From the NCBI GenBank assembly GCA_032718475.1, contig JAUCBJ010007760.1:43504-107503 (forward strand): a stretch of DNA of 64,000 nt, read 5' to 3'. Source of the DNA: Nemertoderma westbladi. Taxonomy: Eukaryota > Animalia > Xenacoelomorpha. Shown piece after piece: positions 26,607-38,553 of this stretch (its first letter is position 1; each line of letters starts with the position of its first letter). Below the pieces are notes generated by a model. That model ran no database searches. It had not been told where the DNA came from and worked only from the letters and a program-made list of their open reading frames with translations. The position numbers were made by a program, and so were the translations under genes.

Positions 26607-28227
26607 ATCTGCTATCTGAGTTTATTAATATTGTAATGAGTTTATATTTAGGCGAGCGGGCGTCGCTGCCTACCTCTCTTTGCCCCCGGACAGTGGGATT
26701 CTCAGCGCCGATGTATCGTCATCGCGGTGTTTACGCCAACATGTAGCAACAGCACGACAACGACAACCGGCATAAGTCACTCCACTGTCCGTCCCAAGGC
26801 TTGAATCCACTTTAGGTTCTTTCTATAGGAGAGTTGGGCTACTTTCACAATTGCGACTAGCTACTGTAAACACACCTTAGCAGTAACATTCACCTACAAA
26901 CGCACAAATTCCACACAACTGTCACCAATTGTACACATACAGGCCATTTGTCCGTTAGTCAGTGCCTTCCAGAATGTCACGTTATTACTGTGTATCCTTG
27001 GATACTAACAGTGTGCTATGTATTCTCTATGCTATGCAATGGGACAAGCTTTCTGTTGTTCTTTTAACTTGCTTCTAATTCTAGCGTGGGTGTTGCTATG
27101 GTGACATTATGGAAAGCTAGCAGAAGAATTAGGGTAATTCTCATGCATACAGATCTGGGATGCTATTTAATAGTAATTCTTTAACTGTCAATATCCTCTT
27201 TATGCATGATTTTATTAATTTTATCGGCTATTGACTATATGTTGGAGATTCTCACACTCTAATACACTCAATAATATGAATCTCCGCTCCCATGATCTAT
27301 TAATTAATGGAATTTTGGGAATGTTATAAATTGCACAAAATGACAATTTATGAAATTCATTTAAGATATGAATTTAAATTTATTCCCGTGAATTTTATTA
27401 TTTGATGGTAAAATTGACACAATTTTATTCCAGAGCATGTCTGGGGACATAGGATCCTTAATTCTATAAAATTGTCTTTTAAGAGTATCGGTAAGTGCTG
27501 CGATATCTTAATTGACTAGAAATTTTAAAGGATCTGAATTTTACAGATTTTAATAAATATTAAATTAATATTTAAGATGGGCACCGATTTATTCCAGAGC
27601 TTGTCTGGGGACGTTAACCACTGATTCTAGAATTTGTCTTTCAAGTATATCGGTGGGTGCCGCGATATCTTAATCGACTAGAATTACAGATGGTCAAAAG
27701 GTTTAACAGATTTATTTGCGTTTTACGCTACTGTTAGAGGGACATCACGCTACTATGTATTATTTAATATAAGGTAGAAGAGCAATATCGCACGAAGCAA
27801 TGTCAGTGTGAAGAGGCAAGTCGTTTCCAAGGTCTACCCAGAGCTTGGTTTAGCCGAGACACGAGGATCTGAACTTTGCATTCCTAATACTCTGCCTACC
27901 AATAATACTTGAATATAGTAGTGGCTTTATTGTACTTTAAGAAGTACGGACATTTCATCTTACTATAGCCACGTATTTATAATATGATACGGACAGTAAG
28001 GAAAGAGAAAAATTATTTCTCGCCGTCGCACTAAATATATATTATAAGTAATTACGTACGTAATAAACACTAATATATTGCACTAATCTACTAAATAATC
28101 ACTAAAATAACATTCTACTAAATAAAATTGAATAAAAACGATTATAATAAAATACATAATAAAGTTCGCATATAAAAATATAATAAAATAGATAAAACAA
28201 TATAGTCATACACCCACTCCAGACGTA

Positions 28228-31200
28228 TCACGTTAGGGAGTCCCTAGATGTTTGAGGAATTAGGGAGGTGGTCGTGGGAAGAGTGTCTTGCCTTCCATAG
28301 TTTCCAGAGAGTTCTCTGTCTCTTTCCAGTAAACATAAACGACCAACTGGGCGATTGAGTTGTTGCGTCTCAAAGATTATGCCTGGCTTCTTGAAGTTAC
28401 GCCGCATGACGACAAGTTCTACTGAGCGCACTAAACCATCATCTGAGATGTGGGTCTCGATGATACGACCTGTCTGCCACCGTTTACGTGGGAGGTCTGG
28501 ATCTACAATAAGCACCATATCTCCGGCGCTGACGTTTTCTTGCTGCGCAAACCACTTAGTTCGAAGTTGTAGCGTGGGCAGATAATGTTTCTCGAAATGG
28601 TCAGCGAAACGACGGGATAGCAACTGCATAAGTTGCCAAGTTCGACGGCAGTATTCGTCTCCGTCGGCAATCTCCGATCGTGGGAGCATGGCTACAGGTT
28701 TCTTCAGTAGGAAGTGCGCGGGTGTTAGCGCTTCCAGGGAATCGGGACTCGATGAGACTGGCATAAGCGGTCTCTCGTTGAGATAGGCAGCGATTTCCTC
28801 CATTAATGTCCGCAAAAGTTCGTTGGTGAGATACGCGCGGCATGGCACTATAAAGTGAAATGCGGTTTTGACACTTCGAATTAATCTCTCCCAACTTCCT
28901 CCCCACCAAGGGGCGTCGGCGGCGTTGAAGGTCCAGCTAGACGCTGTTATCCTTAGCTGGTCGTCCACCTGTCTTTGGTTCCAGTCCTTCACGTAAGCCT
29001 GTATTTCGTTGTTGGCACCAATGAAGTTCGTTCCCTTATCCGATCTCATGGTATTACTCGTCCCGAAGCAAGCGATCTGTCGTCGTAAACTTAAGACGAA
29101 GCTGTTGGTAGATAGATCGTTCACCATATCGAGATGGATGGCTCTACAAGTCATGCACACGAAGATGACACACCATCTCTTGACTATAGTCCTAGCACGA
29201 TATACTTCAATAGGGCCAAATAAATCTACACCAGTATTAGTAAAAGGTGGTTCATAGAAGCTTACTCGTTCCCTAGGTAATTCTGCCTCTCGCTGTGTTA
29301 AAGGCCTACTGAATGCTTTCCTGCAGGGTATGCAGTTTCTAAGAACTTGGTTCAGAGCTCTACGGGGTTTATCAAAATAATAGCGAGTTCGAATTTCGAG
29401 AAAAATTAGAATTCGAGAATTCAAGAATTCGTTCTCTACCAGCATGATAAAGTTTACTGTGAACATCTACAATCATCTTGATTTGTACTTCAAGATTTCT
29501 AATAAGTATGGGGAATTTGGTGTCAAAGGATAAGGGCGCATTGGTGAGTCTTCCTCCAACACGTATTAGCCCATCTATCATTGTGCTTGAGAATCGATCC
29601 CTTAAGCGCATCTGCGGATTTCTAAACAACAGGAAATACTTTTCGGAATCCTCATAGCATTGCAGGAGTCTCAGTATCTGCTTATTTGTTTCTTCATGCT
29701 CCTGGTAACTAATTTTCTCCTTTAGAAAACGGTCAGATGTCTTATATTTGGGTAAATTTTTAATAACATGAACTTGTGCAGATGTCAATGTAGCGGTATC
29801 ACTAGTGGTCTTCGTCCTGGAGTAGTGATGATGAAAACATCGTCTTAAATATGTGACGGCTTTACAGAGCCGATTCCAGGAACTGTAATGATGCATTGCT
29901 CTCTGCAGCATGGGTGAGATTCCTTGCGAGACGTCTGGTATTCCAGATTTCCAATCTCTATCTCTAATTTCCACAACAGACTTATTTGTGCTGAGGGATT
30001 GGGGATCCGAAGCATCATTCCCAGAAGTATGTAATACAGATAGATCGATAGTCGGTTTAAATAACTTCGATTTACTCGCCCGGGTTTTAGGTTTGACTGT
30101 CTCCGCTCCCTTGGCTTGTCTAATTTCCGCCGTAGTAAGGTGAGGAGGCCATTCATCCTCTTCCTTGCTCAGGAAGTCGGGTCCACCCAACCAATCTGGA
30201 GTATCTATCAGTTCCTGTGGAGTTGCTCCCCTGGAGGCGATATCGGCTGGATTAATCGTACCAGGGCAATGTCTCCATTGATCTATCTTTGTGCGACTAA
30301 GAATAATAGCTACTCTGTTAGTAACAAAAACGCTGAACTGACAGACTTCATTGGTTAGATACTCCAACACGAGTAAAGCGTCGGTCCAATAAACCGTTTT
30401 CTCCAGTGGATAGTCGATTTGTTCCGTTACGTTCCGGCCGATGGCTGTAGCGTATAAAGCCGCCTTTAACTCCGCTCGAGGAACCTTTAACTTGTTGTTA
30501 ATCAATGCCTTAGATGTAACCAAGGCGACTTTGATTCCATCCGGAGTTTCGACTCACAGATATGCTACTATACCTATTCCCATGTCGCTAGCGTCTCCAA
30601 ACACATGGAGTTGATAGGAATACGTAGGAAGAACATGGCCAAAATATGCACGGGAAATTATAAAGTTCTCGATGGCAGGTAGAGAATCTTCCCATTTCAT
30701 CCATTTAACAATTCTCCCTTAAGCGGATCGTCCCATGAGTGGTTTTCAAGCCACATTTGTTGTACTAAACTCCGAGCAATCAATATAACTGGGCTAATAA
30801 ATCCCAATGGGTCGAAATAAGTGCTCAGGATACTTAAACAAATCCGTTTGGTCCGAACTGGATTATCTCGCTGTTTTAACTGAAAAAACAGGATGTCTCT
30901 TTCAGTGTCCCACTTCAAGCCGAGCGTCTTGGTTTCAGGAAGATCGTCCTTTATTAAGTCTAGGTCTTTCGTTCCTCGGTCTTCTACCGGTATGGCTTCC
31001 AGAAACTCACGGGAGTTGCTAGTGAATTTCGTCAGTCGAAATCCACCTCTTTTCAAACACTCTACCGTTCCTTTCACGACAGCTATGGCTTCTTCTACTG
31101 ATGGAAGGGACCTTAAATTGTCGTCCATGTATATATTTCGTTTTATGTTGTCTATCACTTCTTTTGAGAAGGAGTCTCGGTTGTCATTCGCAGTGGTTCG

Positions 31201-34200
31201 CACCACGGAGCAGGCGTTGGAAGGGCTTGATATGATTTCAAAAGCCTGGATGGTCATCCAATACTCTACCGGTTTCTGATTGAGGTCTCCTTCAGGCCAC
31301 CACAGAAATCTCAGGCTGTCTCTATCTCTATCCAGCGCCTTGACTTGTAAGAACATTCCTTCTATATCGGAAGCGAACGCGATGGAATATTGTCTTAATC
31401 TCAAAAGTATTCCCAACAAAGATTGGAGTAAGTTGGGTCCTGGTAACAACTCGGAATTGAGGGATTGGCCCATATATAGGGCGGAGCCATCGAATACGAC
31501 TCGTACTTCGTGGGGTTTACCGGGTTTGGGAACGTAATGATGTGTTAAGTAATACGTTCTCTCAGTCACTGGTGTTCCTTCCGGTACTCGCTCCGCGTAT
31601 CCCTTTGTTATAAATTTCTTCAGCTGAGTTTGGTACATTTCTTTCGCTGAAGCATTAGCTGTAAGGCGTCGATGTAATTGAGCGATTCTTTTCTCTGCCA
31701 AGGGTCTGTTATTTATAAATCTAGGTTCTCGTTTTCGAAATGGTAGGCCGATTTCATATCTACCTTGGTCTTTTAAAAAACGTGTAGTTGTTTCCTGGAT
31801 TTGCTTGGCTCTTTCTTCTTCTATCGATAGAGCCTTATCATATGAATTGGGCTCTACCAGTTCCTGAGTAAAGAATCGTACGGCTAGTTCGTCCCGAGTT
31901 CTAGCGTTGTAGCGCTCTATCTCATCGTTTAGTTCGTCATTGTAAGCAATGGGTTCCGATGGGCGAATTAGTTGACATAGGTTCACCTGATTTTTCCAAG
32001 TTTGGTTTTCTGTAAGTAGGTCGATTGTGTTCTCTTCATCGAAGAGTTGGTAGATGTCGTCATTATCTGAGGAGTATGGTGTTCCCTCAGTTAGTTCGTC
32101 CACCTCACTGCTCTCCACTTCCCAATCGTTTACTTGGTGTATTTGTTCTTGTGGCATTCTCTCTTCGAGAGTCCTGCGGGAAGGGCCAGTAAAGTACCAA
32201 CCTACTCTAGTTCTTACCGCATAGGTTTGCAGTGGCTGTGGTTGAGCAGGCCGTTTCTCCAATGTTTCGAGCGCCTCATGCGCGTTTTGGCCGATGAGTA
32301 TTTGCACTCCAGGATAATCTGTCTGAAATCGAGGTATTTTAAGATGTTGGATGCTCTCATCCTCGTCCCAATTATAAAGGTCTGCTTGAGTAGTAGCGAA
32401 GTTCTTTATAGCCACCATTTTTACCGACCTTATACCTTGTGCTCCTAACTTATCCTGGGGGGTGGACAACACACCTACATAGTAATCTGCCGTTAAGGTA
32501 GATTTCCAAACCTGCATAATTCCTGACATATTCAATTTAGTCCGGAACTTGGGTTGTCCAGCAAAGATATCTTCGGCTAGTTCTTGATCGATGAATGTTC
32601 CTGTGCTGCCGGAGTCAAGGAGTGCGTTCACTATGTAACTTTTGTTAAGACCGTGAACTCTTACCTGCACTACAAGAAATTCTCTGATTCCTACGTTGGA
32701 AGTTGGAGCTTTCCAAGATGATTGTTTGGCAAAAGTAGTTGGGGGAAACTCATTGTTGGTGTCCTTTTCATAAGTAAGTGCTCGATACACTGCGGTATTG
32801 ATTAGATAACAGGATTCGTTGGCGTCGGAGAATTCGTCAGTATAGAATCCTTCCATCTCAGATTCTTGATCAGTGTCGTTTACATCACTGAATTGGACAT
32901 GTAGTTCGGGCTCACTTACCTGACTCAGTTTGTCTCGTTCGAACTCACTGTGTAACAAGATGTGATGTTTCGCGCTACACTTTGCACACTTTATGTCGGA
33001 GTAACAGGTTCGCCGTTGGTGTCCTGGTCTGAGACAATTATAGCATAACCGCTTATCCCACACAACTGCACGTCTGTCTACAAGGGATTTCTTTAGAAAT
33101 TCAGCACACGCACTCAAACGGTGGGTCCCGTCGCACAGCGCACAGTTAGGTTTTATGTTACTCACTTTACCTTGGGTAACTTGATGCACTCTCGTTTTTT
33201 CTTCGGGTTTTCTTCGGTGCATTCTGTTAGGAGACTGAGGAGGGGTCTTGGCAACCTGTTCTCTCCTATCGTTGTTTCGAGCCTTGTATTTACTTACGTC
33301 TTTTGAGGTTTTGTCAACATAGTAAGATCGATCTGTGTCTTTCCCGCTGTCCTCTTCTTGAGAGGCTTGGCTTTCGCCGTCGTCAGTGTAACACACCGGT
33401 GTTACTCTTCTCCTAGAAGTGGGTTTCTCACTTACCTTATTTTCCGATGTTTTCTCTCTGGACTGCTTGATGAGTTGTAGTTTTACTTCACCATCTAAGA
33501 AGGACATGAGATCAGCCATGGTAGGACTTCATCGTTGTTGTTCATTCATGTACAACACTTTCTTGTCCCAGCGTGTACATACTCCACCCTTTGGTAAAGT
33601 AGAGACTACGGCTCCAATAACCATGGAACTCTGATATTCATGCGACTTACCTAACCAGTCCAATTGTCTACAGATCTCTTGAATCTCATCGGAAAACTCT
33701 ATAATCCCGCTACTAAGGAAGTGTCGGGGGGCTACTAATTTTGCATACAAATACTTAGCTATGTTATCCTTGTTACCATACCTGATGTTTAATGTATCCC
33801 AAACTTGTCTTAATCCTTCTGGATGTCCAATAAACTTTAACGCCATTAACTTGGGAGGTCCTTCCAAGCACTTGATGAGGAACCTAAGTTTCTCTCCGTT
33901 AGATAGCACAGAATTCTGTATGCTGTCTTTGTAATATTCATTGAAAGGTAACCACTTCATCTCATCTCCATTGAATTTGACGATCTCTCCCACTTTGACC
34001 GCTTGGCGGGCTTCTGTTCTAGCCATCTGACGCGTAAAGCTTTCTTGGGCCATCGTGTTATTTAATATCGAATTATCGGTATATAAATTTCCTGGATTAT
34101 TATCAGGTCTATAGGGAATATCATTAACAACAGGTTTATAATCACCCTTAATAGGGTTTGCTATAGGAGTTTCTACTTCACTAGCAGTATAGATGCGTGT

Positions 34201-36320
34201 AGGCTCCACACCTTACGCATGTAATCCTTCAGACCTAACAGGTTGACACAATGTTACAGGGGGTATTGGTATACCCTTTTGTATATTGACTAATTTGTCG
34301 CGTTCCAGCGCGATACTTTGCTGCACTTCTTGCAATTCTGCCCTACCTTCCCTTACGGTTCCCTTAAGTTGGTGGACAGTCTCCTGCATCTGTCCGAGCA
34401 GGAGATTCATCCCCCGTCGTCCCTCCTCTACCCACTCGACCGCCGAAGCGGGAGTCGCCAACATTGTAGCGGGCTGACGTGGGACGACGGGAGACAAATC
34501 TTGGATTTCTCTCTCAGCTTCCAGGACAGGGATATTCTCATGGACTGTTCTACCGGGTACAGGCAGTGTAGTACTGTGTAAAGGGAATTTAGAGTTAAGC
34601 TCTGGAAGTACAGGGGTCTCTAGCACAGTAGTGGCTTTGGGAACGACAGGCCCAATTATTTCAGGCTCATCAACTATAGTAGGGAGTCTTTTGACCTTAA
34701 TAATTTGGTCTGTGGGTTCGGTACTACCTAAGTCTGTACTAGTTAGTTGTCTTCTAACAGCCGGGGGCAAATCAGGCAATTTGTGACGGTGAGATGTTTT
34801 TCTACGCCTGCTTAGATGAGATCTATTTCCTCCGCCTTCAGGATCGGTGGTTTCGCTTTCCTCCGATGATGTGTATCCTTGGCGCTTGGGAGTAGATCGA
34901 CTCCTTATCTGCATTTGACTAGCAGTGAACTGTTTATTTCTGCAATCTTGCGTCTCTTGAAGATTTTCCAACTCCAGTTGTGTGGTCTCTTCAGACGCCC
35001 TCTGTTCTGCTTCTGCCAATGCTATTGCTGCTGCTGCTTTGGCTGCTTCCACTGCCGCTGCCGCTTTTGCTTCTGCCTCTTCCACTGCCGCTGCCGCTTT
35101 TGCCTCTTCCACTGACGCTGCCGCTTTTGCCGCTGCTACTGCCTTTCTGTCCTCTATCCGTTTTTCTTTACTTGTTCTTCTTGGACTCTAGCGAGACGGA
35201 GTTTTTCATCAAATTCAGCCCGGTTTGCAGCTAACATTTCCGCATCGATCGAGTCCAACACAAGCCTGGTTCCTTCACTATTAGGGGAAAGTCCAGACAG
35301 CCGTCTCCTCAACTCTTCATCCCCTAGGAATCGCTGATAGTCGGACAGATAAATGTCGATGGCGTCTCTCGTTCGTGGTCTCTCTGCGGTCTCTTCGCCT
35401 TCCACTTGAGAAAGGGTGACATCGGTTGGTTCGTCATAGGTTAGTCTCTCAGACAACTGGGATTTCCACTGGTCTGTTTCTTGTACTTTGAGACCTACCC
35501 GCTGGAACCAAGTTTTGACAGCAACCTGCAGCGACGTGTCCTGTCTTCTTTTGGAAGTTTCTTCAAAAGCTGATAGGATTAGTCGAATGCGTAGGGTTCT
35601 TTCGCGTACTTGATATAGCAGTTCTTCCTGCTCTTGAGGTCCTTGGGGTTGTCGAAACAGTTGTTCTTCTAATCGCTCTAAGGAGCCGAAAAATCCCTGC
35701 ACATATCCTGCTGCCGACCTCTTCCAAACAGCTGGATCCATCGTATCTTTAGCCACTCCCATCCTGTGTATATCTTCCCAAGTAGCCTCGGACAGATCTA
35801 ACGGGAGTCCGGGTCCGGGAAAGTTCCATTGTGACTCGACAATAGACATCAATTCTTCCCTGGCGTATCCCGCATAATTATCTTGGGTCGCTCGCTTATT
35901 TCTCGCCCAATCGGCTTGATGTTCCTCCACCGCAATCAATATAGTAGTTAGCACTGCGGCGGGAAGGGTGAGAAGGGGGTCCGAGTAGGCTTTAGCCGCC
36001 ATCTGCAATCCGCGTTCGGGGGTCAGCTCGACAGTATCCGAATTACTGGAGCTATCGGATCGCTGGGAACAAGTTTCTTGACTAGGCTGTTGCTGCTGTG
36101 AGACAACTGCTTCCTGGTTCCGTTTGACTTGGGCCCGAGTGCCGATGATAGACCTGCGGTGTTGGATTAGCTTAGGGTCTGATACTACTACTGGAGGGAT
36201 GACCTTTCTTTCAGTAGGAGGTGAGCTGAACTCCTTTCTTAATCGCTCCACACTCCTATCTGTGTCACAGATGGTTGTATCGATTAGACTGTCTGACAGG
36301 TTTTGCTGGGTGTCAGACAT
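28228..36320 (-). pseudogene. BEL/Pao gag-pol polyprotein with 2 nonsense codons and 3 frameshifts
   Basis: Three Gag Zn knuckles (CALCDGTH..C, CYNCLRPGH..C, CAKCSAKHH..H); PR ALLDSGS; RT YMDD; RNase H LHVFGDAS; IN H..HAG/CIPC, GVDLFGP, SDKGTNF, GSWERLIRSVK. Confidence 0.95.
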
Positions 36321-37669
36321 GTTTAGCTATACAGTCGAATGCTTACTGCTATAGTCACAGTTAAAGCAAGTCCAGTAATTCAGTATGACCGTTGGCCTAG
36401 TACCGGTAATTTATTGCAGTATATGAGAATACCGGTATACACTTATAGTATATATAAGTATTGTAAACTAGGTTTGTCACAGAGTACCGGTATATAAATT
36501 TAGCACAAATATATAAATATATAATAGGCCTATCGTGAATACCGGTATACAGCTTACACTTATAGTATGTATAAGTATAATTATGGACTAGAATTAATTA
36601 CAGAGTACCGGTATGATTTCAGCTCAAATTTATAGAAATAAATATAATAAGCCTATGGTAAATACCGGTATGTCAATTATTTTAGAATAATTGAATTTCT
36701 GAATATTTTAGGGTTACTTGGTTACTTTAACTTACTTTGTTACCGTTATTTAAGCAGTAGTCCAACTGATTTTGAGACCTAGTTGTTGTATGGCAGGCCT
36801 ACTATTTATAAATCGTTTGAGTTGATTTATAATATTTATATACCCGTTTAAAATGGGTTTTGTCAATACTTGAAATAAATGTTATTATTTCTGGGGAAAG
36901 TCACTATACAGAAGCGGTGCGCTCTCAGTGAAGTGCTATTTATTGGACACTAAAAACTGATAATTCTAATTTACCTAAGTTACTTAATACTACAAATTAC
37001 TTACGATACGGGTGAGATTAATTCTCTAATTAAAACACAACAAAAATATTACGTACGAATTTTTAGGGTAATTTTACAGGAAGTCTACAAACCAGTCTAA
37101 CAAAGGGTTAGGATTCTGATTATTACAATGGACAGGGTACTACGGTATTTGAAAATAATAAGTAGTAGTAAATATATTGCACTGTCCAGATAGGAAAATA
37201 CCACCACCTGACGACCTATAGCTGTATCGCTATAGGTACTACGTTATGTATCACGGAGTGTCCCTACCTAGAAGTTAATTACCGCGGACTACCAGATCCA
37301 GCGTGCCTATTAACCACTTTACAACACAAATATACTGCCTACACACTAATTACTTCGGAAAGCACTGTACACTAAACCCTAAATTAGGTACAAGTACTGG
37401 TACAACAAATAATCAGTAGTTAAATATACTTGAACAGTTAAAAGAACCACGGCATCTGCTGGAGTGACCGAAGCACAAAGTCACCAGTCTTTCCCTACGC
37501 CAAGCAGCCCGTGTAGTACCGGGGTTAATTTAACTATAACGGTATGTGTAACAAACACAATTACTGTAGGAATAAACTTGGGGACATGAATGTTGCGAAT
37601 AATCGCATAAACTCTGAATAATAAATATTACGCTACCCGTACAGAATACTCAAACAAAATACAAACCAA

Positions 37670-38200
37670 ACGCTGGCAGACTACCACCAAGCCTAAATAA
37701 ACTACCGTATGTGCAGATTCCGAAATGGTTAGTTAGTATGCGTTCTAACACGGTAGTACGACTTATTCTTTAAGAGGGGATTGACCTTACAGCTATGGCT
37801 GCCCCAACTTACTAACGGCACTTTATCAGACAAACTCTACACACGCAGCAATCTCTTCAGACCTAATAATAGCTAGACAACAATCAAGCCTACAAAATAT
37901 CTGAGTAATAACTATTACGGTACCTGAACAGACCACACAAACAAACACAGACTAAAAAGCTGGCAGACTACTATCAAGCCTAAATAAACTACAGTATGTG
38001 CAGATTCCAAAACGGTTAGTTAGTATGCGTTCTAACACGGTAGTACGACTTATTCTTTAAGAGGGGATTGACCTTACAGCTATGGCTGCCCCAACTTACT
38101 AACGGCACTTTATTGGACAAACTCTACACACGCCGTAATCTCTCCAAACCCAACAACAATCCGACAACAGTCCGGCCTACAGTTATCTGAACAATCTGAG
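37670..38200. repeat. ~290-bp tandem duplication in the 5' leader (also ~49670-50200 in E2)
   Basis: GCTGGCAGACTAC...TATGGCTGCCCCAACTTACTAACGGCACTT occurs twice in each element. Confidence 0.9.
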
Positions 38201-38542
38201 CAGACTTACACGTCTTCAGCTCAATATTAACTTACTAGGAAATAAAACTGACAGAAATAAGTAAGCTCCAAAAGAAACAAGGGGTGTACAGTCCCTAATC
38301 TCTTAAACAGCCTACCGGTATGCAATAATCAAAATCGAATAATACTAATGTACTTATACTGGAAGTACCGGTTAGGACAGTTGGGCCTACAGACCTACAG
38401 AAGTACCGGTTCTGGCAGTTGGACCTACGGACCTACAGCAGTACTGGTTCTGGCAGTTGGGCCTACTGACCTATAGATGTACCGGTTCAGGTTTACCGGT
38501 TGACCGGTACTTTCAACTTTATTGTTTACTGCAATAAAGTCA

Positions 38543-38553
38543 ATAACTGTTAT
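38543..38553 (-). promoter_or_regulatory. E1 non-tRNA primer-binding site ATAACAGTTAT, complementary to LTR 39309-39319
   Basis: Abuts the 5' LTR, lacks TGG, and forms a perfect 11-nt inverted match within the LTR. Confidence 0.75.

Noticed and set aside
37790-37990. Dicistrovirus IGR-IRES-like motifs (TATTTAG, GGCAGCC) on the sense strand of the leader repeat
   Set aside because: Order and spacing do not fit the IGR IRES, and the motifs are too short.
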